From an uncultured delta proteobacterium (GTDB taxonomy: Bacteria; Desulfobacterota; Syntrophia; Syntrophales; Smithellaceae), in the NCBI GenBank assembly GCA_903904655.1, contig CAIVDK010000139.1:3325-67324 (forward strand): a stretch of DNA of 64,000 bases, given 5' to 3'. This document shows positions 8,623 to 17,066 of the stretch, in pieces (the stretch's first letter is position 1; every line of letters begins with the position of its first letter). The notes beneath the pieces are model-generated. The model ran no database searches and was not told the DNA's origin. It saw only the letters and a list, made by a program, of their open reading frames with translations. The position numbers and the translations under genes were made by a program.

Positions 8623-10069
8623 GGCTTTTTATCATCCTCATTCGTGACTGGGGCCTTCTTACTGGCGATGGAGAGAGTAGGCCCGATTCCACAGAACGTT
8701 TATACAGACCATCCGCAATTCCTGCAAATAAAAAAGGGACGGCATTGACAAAAATATTGTTTGAGGGCTCGACAAACAGGTTATTGTTCAGATAAACACA
8801 CCAGATCGCAAAGATGGTGATGCGCAGGTTGTTCCCCATGATCCCTGTATCGGGTAATTTCCCGGCCAGTTGCATCAATCGACGCAAGGTCAGAAAAATA
8901 AGTGTCAGATAGGCCAGAATGCCTGGGATTCCCAGTTCCGTCGCGATTCCCAGTAAATGATTGTGTTGAAACGTGCCTCTCGATTCTTCAAGAATAAACG
9001 GGACAGGTCCCTTGTACGTTTGTGAAGAGGAGGCTGCGGGAATGAACTGGGCCAGCCCGACGCCCGTTAACGGGCGTTCTGAAAACAAAAAATAAGATTG
9101 CTTCAACAAGGCCATACGGATACTCACTTCTGTCCCCTGGGCAACGCCGCCCTCCCGTCTGTCTGTGGATAACAATCGGGGAGAATTTACAATTCCAACG
9201 ATCAGGATGACCGCCAGCGGCAGTGAAATCAATTTCCATTTTGAGAACGATGTCTTGTACCATCCCAGAAAAATAAACAGCGTAATGAGCAGACCCAGAT
9301 AGGCGGACCGGGTCAGGGTAAAAAATACAGCCGGAAAGAAAAGCAATAGCGCTGCTTGATAAAAGACCTTGGCAAAGCCAGTCTTTTTTTGCAGGAGATG
9401 AAGTCCACTGATAAACCCGATCAGAATCCCTACCCCATTGAAGGCCGCATTCAGAAATGGCCCTCTGGCGCGTTCCAGATGCAGCGGCGATATCAACGGG
9501 TCGTTGATATAAGCCGGAAAAACAAACTGCCTGAGATTGGCGTATTCGAAAAAGGCCGTAATGGAAAGATACACTCCAAGATAGAACAGGGCCTGCAAGA
9601 TGAGCGTCACATCCTTTTCACTGGCGATATAATGTTTGGCAAATATAAATATGATAAAGGGAAAAAGATAACCGGTGATAAACACGAACCATGGTGATAC
9701 AAACACCTCTGACACAGAAACAAAACCTATTCGTATCATCGAAAGAATACAGATAAGTATAAAAATACCCATGGTTATCTCGATGGTTTTGTTGGCTTGG
9801 AAACGAACTTGCCCGGTAAACAGACCTGCCACCAAGAAGAAGATGAGCATTGAAAAGAGCAGCCGCTCTATGGTGATATCAAAAAGGCCTGCCCCCCGAA
9901 AAACAAAAAAATTAACGCCAAATACCGCGCCGGCAATGATCCATGCTACCAGAAGGATTGCCGGCAAACTGAACCGGCCATCTTTTGCCTGAGCTTGTTT
10001 ATACCCACTCCCGAACCACAGAATTATGGCTATCAGAGAGATGATGATGAGCGCAATTTGTATGTACAC
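8615..10069 (-). CDS. O-antigen ligase/polymerase-like (Wzy_C family) polytopic membrane protein
   Basis: 484 aa with 10 or more hydrophobic helices and a larger loop after LTRSAYLGLLITLFIF. It sits between the PCP and the ATPase genes. 8-nt overlap with the next gene. Confidence 0.6.
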   Translation of the reverse strand: MYIQIALIIISLIAIILWFGSGYKQAQAKDGRFSLPAILLVAWIIAGAVFGVNFFVFRGAGLFDITIERLLFSMLIFFLVAGLFTGQVRFQANKTIEITMGIFILICILSMIRIGFVSVSEVFVSPWFVFITGYLFPFIIFIFAKHYIASEKDVTLILQALFYLGVYLSITAFFEYANLRQFVFPAYINDPLISPLHLERARGPFLNAAFNGVGILIGFISGLHLLQKKTGFAKVFYQAALLLFFPAVFFTLTRSAYLGLLITLFIFLGWYKTSFSKWKLISLPLAVILIVGIVNSPRLLSTDRREGGVAQGTEVSIRMALLKQSYFLFSERPLTGVGLAQFIPAASSSQTYKGPVPFILEESRGTFQHNHLLGIATELGIPGILAYLTLIFLTLRRLMQLAGKLPDTGIMGNNLRITIFAIWCVYLNNNLFVEPSNNIFVNAVPFLFAGIADGLYKRSVESGLLSPSPVRRPQSRMRMIKSHV

Positions 10070-10094
10070 GGAGTCTGCCTTTGCATTACTAAGA

Positions 10095-11483
10095 TTACAA
10101 GTTCGGTATGGACCCCAATACCGGCACGTTCAACTGCTTTTCAATGCCATAAATGGTCTTTGTGTGATGATCAAACTGATCAACGCTTAAAGCGGCGGCG
10201 ATTCCCAGGAAGATTCCCGCCAAAAGGCCACCAAATGCCAGCAGGACGCGATTGGGTTTAAACGGTTTAACCGGAACTGAAGGCCTGTCAATCAAAGTCA
10301 GAAACTGTTTGTCTTGCGTTAGCGATTGCGCCATTCTGGCCTGTTCCATTTGGGCCTGGGTCCGGGTAAAAGCCTCTTTGGCAATGTTGAATTCTTGCAA
10401 CAGAGCCTGATAGGTTACCTTTTCCCGAGCTACAATCTGAATCCGATCTCTAAGGCTCTCGATCGTTTTTTCGAGTTGACCGATTCTGGCCCTGATACTG
10501 TTAGCCGATATTTTTTGAGCACTGATGACTCTTTTCATTTCTGTTTTCAGGGAATCCACGCTCAGTTTCAACTCCTGTTCGATCTGCTTCATCGGCTCAA
10601 AATTTTCCCGGAACTGGGGCTTCATTTCGTTCAATTGAATCTGAAGTTGCGCCACCTTGTTTTTAAAAACGGTGATGGCACGTCCCGTCACTTCCATTTC
10701 CGGCAATACCGCCGGAACGCCACTCTGGTTGCTCTCCCGTTCGAGGGATACAATGGAGGCCTGAAGACCGGCCAATTCGGCCTGAAGTTCATGGTAATTT
10801 CGTAAAAACTGCGTTAGCAGCGCGTTGGGGCCGACTTCAGTATTTGATTTGTTATCGCCCAGGTTCAGGATTTCAAGCAGGGCCAATGCCTGTTTGGTTT
10901 CGAAGTCACGGACCTTGCTTTCCTTCTCCTGCATGTCTTTTTGTAGTTTCTCGGTCTGTTCCTGAAAAAATGAATGCGAGTAAGTCGTTTTGCCTTGAGA
11001 GATCTCCCGATATATTGCCAGATAGTTATCGGTGACCGATGTCGTAACCTTGGCCGCAAATGTCGGACTATTATCTGAAAATTCAACAATAAAAACACTG
11101 GAGCCTTCAAACGATTCTCCCCCTGGCGGGACCACATCCAAATTCTCCCGGAGCTCATTTATCTTTCTGGTGATTGCAGGCTGCTGCTTGATCCCGGGAT
11201 ATATCTCCTGAACAACCCTGGTCAGCACCCGGTTAGAGGTAATCAGCTCCTTCTGATCCTGAAGAAATCGGCGCACCCTGTTCCGGTAATCCATGGAACT
11301 TTCCTGCTGCAGCGGATCAAAACTTTGCGGAATAACCAGTGAAAACTTAGCCGTTGACCGATATACGGACGGGAGCGTTACGGCCAGGACTAATGAAACG
11401 AGAAAAACAATGAGAAAGATGGCGATGATTAATCGCGACCGATAAAAAAGGATGAAAATAAACTCTCGAAATACATTTTGCAT
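10095..11483 (-). CDS. Polysaccharide co-polymerase / chain-length determinant (Wzz/GumC/EpsF type)
   Basis: N-terminal TM (IIAIFLIVFLVSLVLAV), a long coiled-coil periplasmic region and a C-terminal TM (LLAFGGLLAGIFLGIAAAL). This is the PCP architecture. Confidence 0.75.
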   Translation of the reverse strand: MQNVFREFIFILFYRSRLIIAIFLIVFLVSLVLAVTLPSVYRSTAKFSLVIPQSFDPLQQESSMDYRNRVRRFLQDQKELITSNRVLTRVVQEIYPGIKQQPAITRKINELRENLDVVPPGGESFEGSSVFIVEFSDNSPTFAAKVTTSVTDNYLAIYREISQGKTTYSHSFFQEQTEKLQKDMQEKESKVRDFETKQALALLEILNLGDNKSNTEVGPNALLTQFLRNYHELQAELAGLQASIVSLERESNQSGVPAVLPEMEVTGRAITVFKNKVAQLQIQLNEMKPQFRENFEPMKQIEQELKLSVDSLKTEMKRVISAQKISANSIRARIGQLEKTIESLRDRIQIVAREKVTYQALLQEFNIAKEAFTRTQAQMEQARMAQSLTQDKQFLTLIDRPSVPVKPFKPNRVLLAFGGLLAGIFLGIAAALSVDQFDHHTKTIYGIEKQLNVPVLGSIPNL

Positions 11484-11495
11484 AACAATATCAGC

Positions 11496-12644
11496 CTATT
11501 TAATAAGAGTGGTTCCACCTATCGAGTAAGAGGCGCCCAAACTGGTCGTAAAAGGCAGCACGGCATAAATGCCCTTGGTGAAGATTTTCTCAATTTCATC
11601 ATTGATCTCATCAAGCCGGGTTTTGGGGACATAAATAATGTCCCCGGGTTTTAATTTGATATTGCTCAAGGCAACGCCTGATCTTAGAGCTCTTCTGATA
11701 TCCACTCTAAAGGCAATGGGTCTTTCCAGTCCTTCATTGCGGAAAATGGCAATTTCTTCCAGTTCACCGCTTTTCTTAAAGCCCCCTGCAAGTGTCAGAG
11801 CATTCAAAACATTGGGGACAGAACCAATGTCGTAGGCCCCTGGTTTTTCCACTTCGCCAAGGACATAGAGTTTTGGGTTATGAATTTCCAGAAGGATAAG
11901 CGTGCAGTTAAGATTGCGAACCTGTTTGGCGTAGCTTTCATTGATCCTTTTTTCCACTTGAGCTACTGTAAACCCCTGCACCTGCATGCTGCCGATCACC
12001 GGGAAGGAGATGCGGCCATCCGGAGAAATCGGCGCGATTTTGCTCTGTCCTCTGGCGGCAGTGGTGATCGCTTTTTTCAACTCGTCGATTTTGACATTAA
12101 ATGCTTCAAGCGCAACGGTAATGTTGGGGGCTACAAAATATTTTTTGTATTCGCGGTTCAGCTCCGTCGCAAGCTCCATGGGTGTTTTGGATTCTACAGC
12201 CACGTCGCCGATGAGCGGCATGGTAATTTTTCCATCGGATCGAACCAGGACGGAGGAGCTGTACTGCGGTTGAAAGGGGAAATTAATGCTGATCCTATCC
12301 TGGACTTCCAGGCGATAATCATCTTCGGTTTTTTCATATTTGAGGTGATAGACGATTTCCAGCACATCTCCCGGCCCCATCCGATATTCCGGCACATAAG
12401 GAACCGCGATATTGTTCATAATCTGGTAGTCCGGATGCAGCGCCGCCTTTTCCGGAGTAACCGTCAACTGCGTCTCCAGTCTCTTCAATTGGTCGACATC
12501 CTCAGCGGTTTTGACGTCGGTTTCGAACTGGGAAGGAACGTCTGGAGAATGCAAGCAGGATGTAAAAAATAGTAGTGATGTCAAGGTCAGGATCACAACA
12601 TGACAACAAGTCTTCCGAAAGAAGTGCGGAAGAAACGACGCCAT
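11496..12644 (-). CDS. Outer-membrane polysaccharide export protein (Wza/OPX family: Poly_export + SLBB)
   Basis: YRMGPGDVLEIV motif, repeated SLBB-like segments, and PGDIIYVP near the C-terminus. I prefer the ATG at 12644 (GAGAGGATAGAGG upstream). It yields a lipoprotein-type signal ...LTLTSLLFFTSC and removes the overlap with the HTH gene that the track start 12788 would create. Confidence 0.8.
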   Translation of the reverse strand: MASFLPHFFRKTCCHVVILTLTSLLFFTSCLHSPDVPSQFETDVKTAEDVDQLKRLETQLTVTPEKAALHPDYQIMNNIAVPYVPEYRMGPGDVLEIVYHLKYEKTEDDYRLEVQDRISINFPFQPQYSSSVLVRSDGKITMPLIGDVAVESKTPMELATELNREYKKYFVAPNITVALEAFNVKIDELKKAITTAARGQSKIAPISPDGRISFPVIGSMQVQGFTVAQVEKRINESYAKQVRNLNCTLILLEIHNPKLYVLGEVEKPGAYDIGSVPNVLNALTLAGGFKKSGELEEIAIFRNEGLERPIAFRVDIRRALRSGVALSNIKLKPGDIIYVPKTRLDEINDEIEKIFTKGIYAVLPFTTSLGASYSIGGTTLIK

Positions 12645-12702
12645 GGCCTCTATCCTCTCGCGGAAACCAAGAATGGGATCCAGTGGTCCTGATTCAGGAG
12701 CT

Positions 12703-12978
12703 TTATCGCGCATACGATCCATCACCATCCGTTTTTGGGAAAATATATTCAAAGTCATAGGGTTTTTCCTTCGGCTTCTTCGCCGCATTCAGCCCATTGA
12801 GTATTTTTCTCTTGGTTACCTCTGTTGGCTCTCGCAAAAGCCGTTCGGTCTGGCTGATCACCTTGGTGCTGATGTTGGAAAGGCGGGCCAGCTCCGTTAT
12901 CGTAAGCCCCTCGGCAGTACGCCGATCCTTCAATCTATTCCCTTTCATATAGACACCTTTCATATAGACACCTTTCAT
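12703..12978 (-). CDS. XRE-family helix-turn-helix transcriptional regulator (small)
   Basis: LKDRRTAEGLTITELARLSNISTKVISQTE is a classic HTH_3 pattern. It is the first gene of the leftward arm. Three alternative in-frame ATGs (12978, 12963, 12948) are created by a 15-bp tandem repeat. Confidence 0.7.
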   Translation of the reverse strand: MKGVYMKGVYMKGNRLKDRRTAEGLTITELARLSNISTKVISQTERLLREPTEVTKRKILNGLNAAKKPKEKPYDFEYIFPKTDGDGSYAR

Positions 12979-12986
12979 ATAGACAC
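12942..12986. repeat. Perfect 15-bp tandem repeat x3 (CTTTCATATAGACAC)
   Basis: Read directly: 12942-12956, 12957-12971 and 12972-12986 are identical. Each unit carries CAT (ATG on the minus strand), giving MKGVY-MKGVY-MKG at the regulator N-terminus. Confidence 0.95.
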
Positions 12987-13072
12987 ATTCCTGAAAGACA
13001 CTGACTGTTCAGTCTATTCCGATGCATATCTAATACTCTCTTGACAATTCCGGAATATTCCAATCCATCTGT

Positions 13073-13100
13073 AAAATATACGAAAATAAAGATTTGTCAA
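13073..13100 (-). promoter_or_regulatory. Candidate sigma70-type promoter for the leftward arm
   Basis: On the minus strand: TTGACA (13100..13095), a 16-nt spacer, then TATTTT (13078..13073). The -35 box lies in the left arm of the 13-bp inverted repeat. Confidence 0.35.
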
Positions 13101-13136
13101 GCATTTTTTGAGTGTGGTCATTTTGCTTGACAAATC
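13091..13136. promoter_or_regulatory. Perfect 13-bp inverted repeat (GATTTGTCAAGCA / TGCTTGACAAATC) spanning both divergent -35 boxes
   Basis: 13091-13103 is the exact reverse complement of 13124-13136, with a 20-nt spacer. Each arm contains TTGACA on one strand. Confidence 0.9.
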
Positions 13137-13156
13137 ATTGTCTTTATTTATATATT
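13127..13156 (+). promoter_or_regulatory. Candidate sigma70-type promoter for the galE-led rightward arm
   Basis: TTGACA at 13127-13132, a 16-18 nt spacer, then TATATA/TATATT at 13149-13156, about 70 nt upstream of the galE ATG. Confidence 0.5.
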
Positions 13157-13223
13157 AGTCCTGAAAGACGCAAGTTTTTCATAAAACGTACTGACGGATT
13201 GACGGAGATAAAGGATTTTTGCT

Positions 13224-14249
13224 ATGACCGAGTCAGTTCTGATTACCGGAGGTGCCGGCTATGTTGGCAGTCACACCTGCAAGGCCCTTGCCGCCATGGG
13301 TTACCTGCCCATTGCTCTCGATAATCTGATATACGGCCATCCATGGGCCGTCCAATGGGGGCCGTTAATTAAAGGAGATATTGCCGATGCTTTGGTGCTG
13401 GATCAGATTTTTTCCGACTATCAGCCCAAAGCGATTATCCATTTTGCTGCCTATGCGTATGTCGGCGAATCGGTTGAACACCCGGCAAAATATTATCAGA
13501 ACAATGTTGCCGGTTCGATTTCACTTTTGGAGGCCATGCGACGACATGACTGTAAAAATATAATATTTTCAAGCAGTTGTTCAACTTATGGCCTGCCGTT
13601 GCAGATTCCTATCCCCGAAAACCACCCACAGACCCCGATCAACCCTTATGGCCGCACCAAACTCATGATGGAGCAGATCATCCAGGACTATGGGAGCGCT
13701 TACGGCATCCGGTACGCCATTCTGCGTTATTTTAACGCGGCAGGCGCCGACCCCGAAGGGCAAATCGGCGAAGACCATGATCCCGAAACCCATTTGATTC
13801 CTCTCCTTCTGCAAACGGTACAAGGTCGGCGTGATTACACGGAGGTCTATGGGACCGATTATGATACCCCGGACGGCACAGCGATTCGGGATTATATCCA
13901 TGTAGCGGATTTAGCCGGTGCCCATCTCCTTGCGCTGCAATATCTGACCCAATCCGCTCAAAGCCTATGTGTTAATTTGGGGACAGGACATGGGAACTCT
14001 GTGATGGAAGTCATCCGGGCCGTCGAGCAGGTTACCGGAAAACAGGTGGCCTACCGAACTGTCGGCAGACGCCCCGGCGACCCCCCCGCGCTGGTAGCCA
14101 AAGCGGATCACGCCGCTTCGCTTTTGGGCTGGAATCCGGATTTCATCGACATCCGGGAAACCATTTCAACGGCATGGAACTGGCACCAATCCCAATCAAA
14201 AAAGCAGGGTGATAATCCAGGTAGATCGACCGAAGGTGAAAGGCTTTAA
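13224..14249 (+). CDS. galE: UDP-glucose 4-epimerase
   Basis: VLITGGAGYVGSH Rossmann motif, YGRTK catalytic Y-x3-K, RYFNAAGADPEG, DGTAIRDYIHVADLA. Length 341 aa. Confidence 0.92.
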   Translation: MTESVLITGGAGYVGSHTCKALAAMGYLPIALDNLIYGHPWAVQWGPLIKGDIADALVLDQIFSDYQPKAIIHFAAYAYVGESVEHPAKYYQNNVAGSISLLEAMRRHDCKNIIFSSSCSTYGLPLQIPIPENHPQTPINPYGRTKLMMEQIIQDYGSAYGIRYAILRYFNAAGADPEGQIGEDHDPETHLIPLLLQTVQGRRDYTEVYGTDYDTPDGTAIRDYIHVADLAGAHLLALQYLTQSAQSLCVNLGTGHGNSVMEVIRAVEQVTGKQVAYRTVGRRPGDPPALVAKADHAASLLGWNPDFIDIRETISTAWNWHQSQSKKQGDNPGRSTEGERL

Positions 14250-14259
14250 GGGGTCAAAC

Positions 14260-15018
14260 ATGCTCGATCATAAAAAACTTCCAGGCATTGAGGAAGTGGT
14301 TTTATCAAGAAGGTTGAAAGATCCTTCAGTCTTCAGCCTTCAGCCTAAACACCGGCGTCGTTACACAATAAGATTGTCACGCTTGTTTGTCATCGGAGTG
14401 CTGCTGATCCTCTGTTCAGGTTTATTGCCCACTTTCTCCGTGGCGCAAGATCTCCTGGAAGGAACACAATTTTCAAAGCAGTATCTGCTTCAGATTTCCG
14501 GTACGGTGATGAATGAAACGTTCTCAGAGGCTCAGGCCTTGTTGATCCTGATGCCACCGGTCCCGGGAAGCAACAACCCTTACCAGTTTACTATTCAAGG
14601 GTTCCCTAAGCGAAATTCCCGAAACAGTTTCTTCTGGAATTCCGAGAATTCAGAAATGACGGCAATTGCAAACGAGATCACCTGCGATATCAAACGAACA
14701 TTCATCAAACCAGTACCGATGCACTTTGTTTTTTTAAGTCCGGAGCTGTTGAGATACACAGGCGCTTTGGCCGTGAAGGCGGGAGATGAAGGAAAGAAAC
14801 TTGCTGAAAGCACAGCCCTTCCAACCCTGATCAATGCCAGAGCCGGCAAGTTGAAGCTTCGCATCCAGTCCAATTCGGTTTCAGGTACCGTTTGGATGAA
14901 AGGCTATGATCCGGTTGAAAAGGCATTTGTTCTATACAGTGCGAGGCTATACGGACAAAAATCGAATCACCTGCAGCCAAAGCAGGAAATAAAAAAGGGT
15001 ACAACCGTGGCAGAATAA
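14260..15018 (+). CDS. Membrane-anchored periplasmic protein, unknown function
   Basis: I prefer the ATG at 14260 (AAGGGG upstream; no overlap with galE). One TM helix (LFVIGVLLILCSGLL) followed by about 190 aa with no motif I recognise. Stop overlaps the next start (TAATG). Confidence 0.55.
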   Translation: MLDHKKLPGIEEVVLSRRLKDPSVFSLQPKHRRRYTIRLSRLFVIGVLLILCSGLLPTFSVAQDLLEGTQFSKQYLLQISGTVMNETFSEAQALLILMPPVPGSNNPYQFTIQGFPKRNSRNSFFWNSENSEMTAIANEITCDIKRTFIKPVPMHFVFLSPELLRYTGALAVKAGDEGKKLAESTALPTLINARAGKLKLRIQSNSVSGTVWMKGYDPVEKAFVLYSARLYGQKSNHLQPKQEIKKGTTVAE

Positions 15019-17066
15019 TGGGGCGTCACCTGAACCTAATCATTTCAGCAGTCGTTCTTTCGATGCTGCTTGCAATCAGCGCAGGCGCGGAAAACCTCCG
15101 CCTGTCATGGCATCCGTCAGGGTATGGCGGGGGTGGGCGGTTTACAAACATTGCGATAGATCCATCGAATCCCAAAACCGTTTACGTCGGATCGGATGTT
15201 GCCGGAATTTACAGAAGCCGGGACGGCGGCAACCACTTTGAGCTGATCGGAAAAGGGCTGGAGGGTTTTGGCGTCGCGGATATCGCCATCAATCCGGCAG
15301 CCCCCCATCAGATTGTTGCCCTGACCGACGACGGTCTGTATTACAGCATCAATCAGGGCGACGGCTGGATTCGGATCTCCGGCGAAATCCGCTATCCTTC
15401 ACGGTTTTTTGGAAGCAGGCTGCTGCTCTTTACCCGAAACTCGCTGTGGATTGGGACCGACACAAAAGGGGTTTTCAAGATTCCTCTGAACAACCTGAAA
15501 GTCCCTCCGCAGCCGGTTCAGGGGCTGGAGCGTTTCAAGGTCAATGGGCTTACGGTGTATGAGGGATACTTGTACGCCGGAACGTCCCGCGGCGTTTATC
15601 GGATGGAGGGACAAGCCTGGAAGCCGCAGCATCAAGGACTTTTGCAGGGTTCAGTCGAGATTACCGATATCGCTTCTTCACGCAATTCCCTCTACCTGGT
15701 TGAAAAACAGGGCGGCCTGTTCCGATGGAATGCAACAACCCTCGCCTGGGAAAGCCGCCCAGTTTCACTGGAACCAAAAGCCAAGAGCTATAGAGCCCTT
15801 CTCGTTCATCCGAACAATCCGGACCTGGTATTCATCGGCTCGCATCCTGAAAACTGGCCGCATCTGCTTTACAAAACCCGGGATGGCGGAACCACCTGGA
15901 AATCCGTCCTCTCGTTTCAGGTCGATCCGGAAGCGCCTCCCAATTGGACCAACACCTTTTCAGGCCTCGAAGAAATGGCTTTTGTCCCGGGAACGCCCCA
16001 ATCCCTCTTTTTGGCGGACTGGTGGAATCTCTGGCAAACGGCTGACCATGGAGATCACTGGTATCAAAAGCATCATGGACTTCAGAACACGGTCATCAAT
16101 GACCTGAAGATGCATCCCCGGAACCCCAAAACCCTGTATCTGTGCGCCGCAGACAATGGCCTGATGATCTCGGATGATTCGGGAAAAAAGTGGAGACGGG
16201 CGATGAATGGCGTCGCCGACGGCCATGCCCAGGAAATTGAAATATTCCCAAGCGATCCTTCCCGGCTGGTCTTACTGATGAATCCCTGGGGCAAAAAGGG
16301 AAGAATCCATCTGTATGAATCCCGGAACGCCGGAGCAACCTGGAAGGATATCGGGTTTCCTGTGCCACTGGAAACCCTTCCCAAGCGGGGATATGTCGAT
16401 GGGCTCGCAACCAATGTGGAACTGGACCCTCTCTCTGATGACACGATTTATGTGGGAACCAATGGACATGGAGTATATAAAACCGTCAATGCCGGGAAAA
16501 ACTGGGCTCCGATGAATCAGGGACTGACAACACCCTATATCAAGGGACCGGGAGCATTGCTGGTTCATCCCCGACTCCCCGGCGTACTATTTGCCAGCAC
16601 GCAGGCGGGCGGTATTTACAAATCTACAAATGGCGCAAGCTCCTGGCAGCGCGTTACAACAGGAGGAGAACGATTTACGTTTGGCATGGCGATAGATCCT
16701 TCAACGCCCTCCCGAATTGTGGCAGGATGCGCCGGAAATACGATCCTGATCTCAAACAATGATGGGAAAAGCTGGCAGGAAATCCACCTTCCCGTGACCG
16801 CATCTCCTCAAATGGCCGTATACAGCGTAGCCTTCCACCTCCGGCGCCCGGGGCTGGTTTTGGCCGGAACGACTCGCTATGATGTCAGGGCGACCGAAGG
16901 GCTCTTTATCAGCACAGACAGCGCAAAAACGTTTCGGCAGGTTCCGATGGATCTTCCAAAGGTGAACATGACGGTCATCACCTCCACGGCGGACGAGCCG
17001 GCCGCAGCATATATCGGATTCAATGGGACCGGACTTTTTCGAATAGAGTTGGGAGAAAAACCTTAA
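15018..17066 (+). CDS. Secreted BNR/Asp-box repeat beta-propeller protein (sialidase/GH74/Ycf48-like fold)
   Basis: Signal peptide, then at least 8 S-x-D-x-G-x-T-W-like boxes: SRDGGNHF, TRDGGTTWKS, SDDSGKKWRR, SRNAGATWKD, VNAGKNWAP, STNGASSWQR, NNDGKSWQE, STDSAKTFRQ. Confidence 0.75.
   Translation: MGRHLNLIISAVVLSMLLAISAGAENLRLSWHPSGYGGGGRFTNIAIDPSNPKTVYVGSDVAGIYRSRDGGNHFELIGKGLEGFGVADIAINPAAPHQIVALTDDGLYYSINQGDGWIRISGEIRYPSRFFGSRLLLFTRNSLWIGTDTKGVFKIPLNNLKVPPQPVQGLERFKVNGLTVYEGYLYAGTSRGVYRMEGQAWKPQHQGLLQGSVEITDIASSRNSLYLVEKQGGLFRWNATTLAWESRPVSLEPKAKSYRALLVHPNNPDLVFIGSHPENWPHLLYKTRDGGTTWKSVLSFQVDPEAPPNWTNTFSGLEEMAFVPGTPQSLFLADWWNLWQTADHGDHWYQKHHGLQNTVINDLKMHPRNPKTLYLCAADNGLMISDDSGKKWRRAMNGVADGHAQEIEIFPSDPSRLVLLMNPWGKKGRIHLYESRNAGATWKDIGFPVPLETLPKRGYVDGLATNVELDPLSDDTIYVGTNGHGVYKTVNAGKNWAPMNQGLTTPYIKGPGALLVHPRLPGVLFASTQAGGIYKSTNGASSWQRVTTGGERFTFGMAIDPSTPSRIVAGCAGNTILISNNDGKSWQEIHLPVTASPQMAVYSVAFHLRRPGLVLAGTTRYDVRATEGLFISTDSAKTFRQVPMDLPKVNMTVITSTADEPAAAYIGFNGTGLFRIELGEKP

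Noticed and set aside
11880-12572. 230-aa + strand ORF
   Set aside because: Entirely antisense to the Wza-like exporter gene, which has clear family motifs. Low-complexity, Arg/Phe-rich translation typical of a shadow frame.
12942-12986. Tandem repeats considered as a possible CRISPR or minisatellite array
   Set aside because: The units are 15 bp, directly abutting with no spacers, and only three copies are present. No cas genes are in the window. It is kept only as a tandem repeat.
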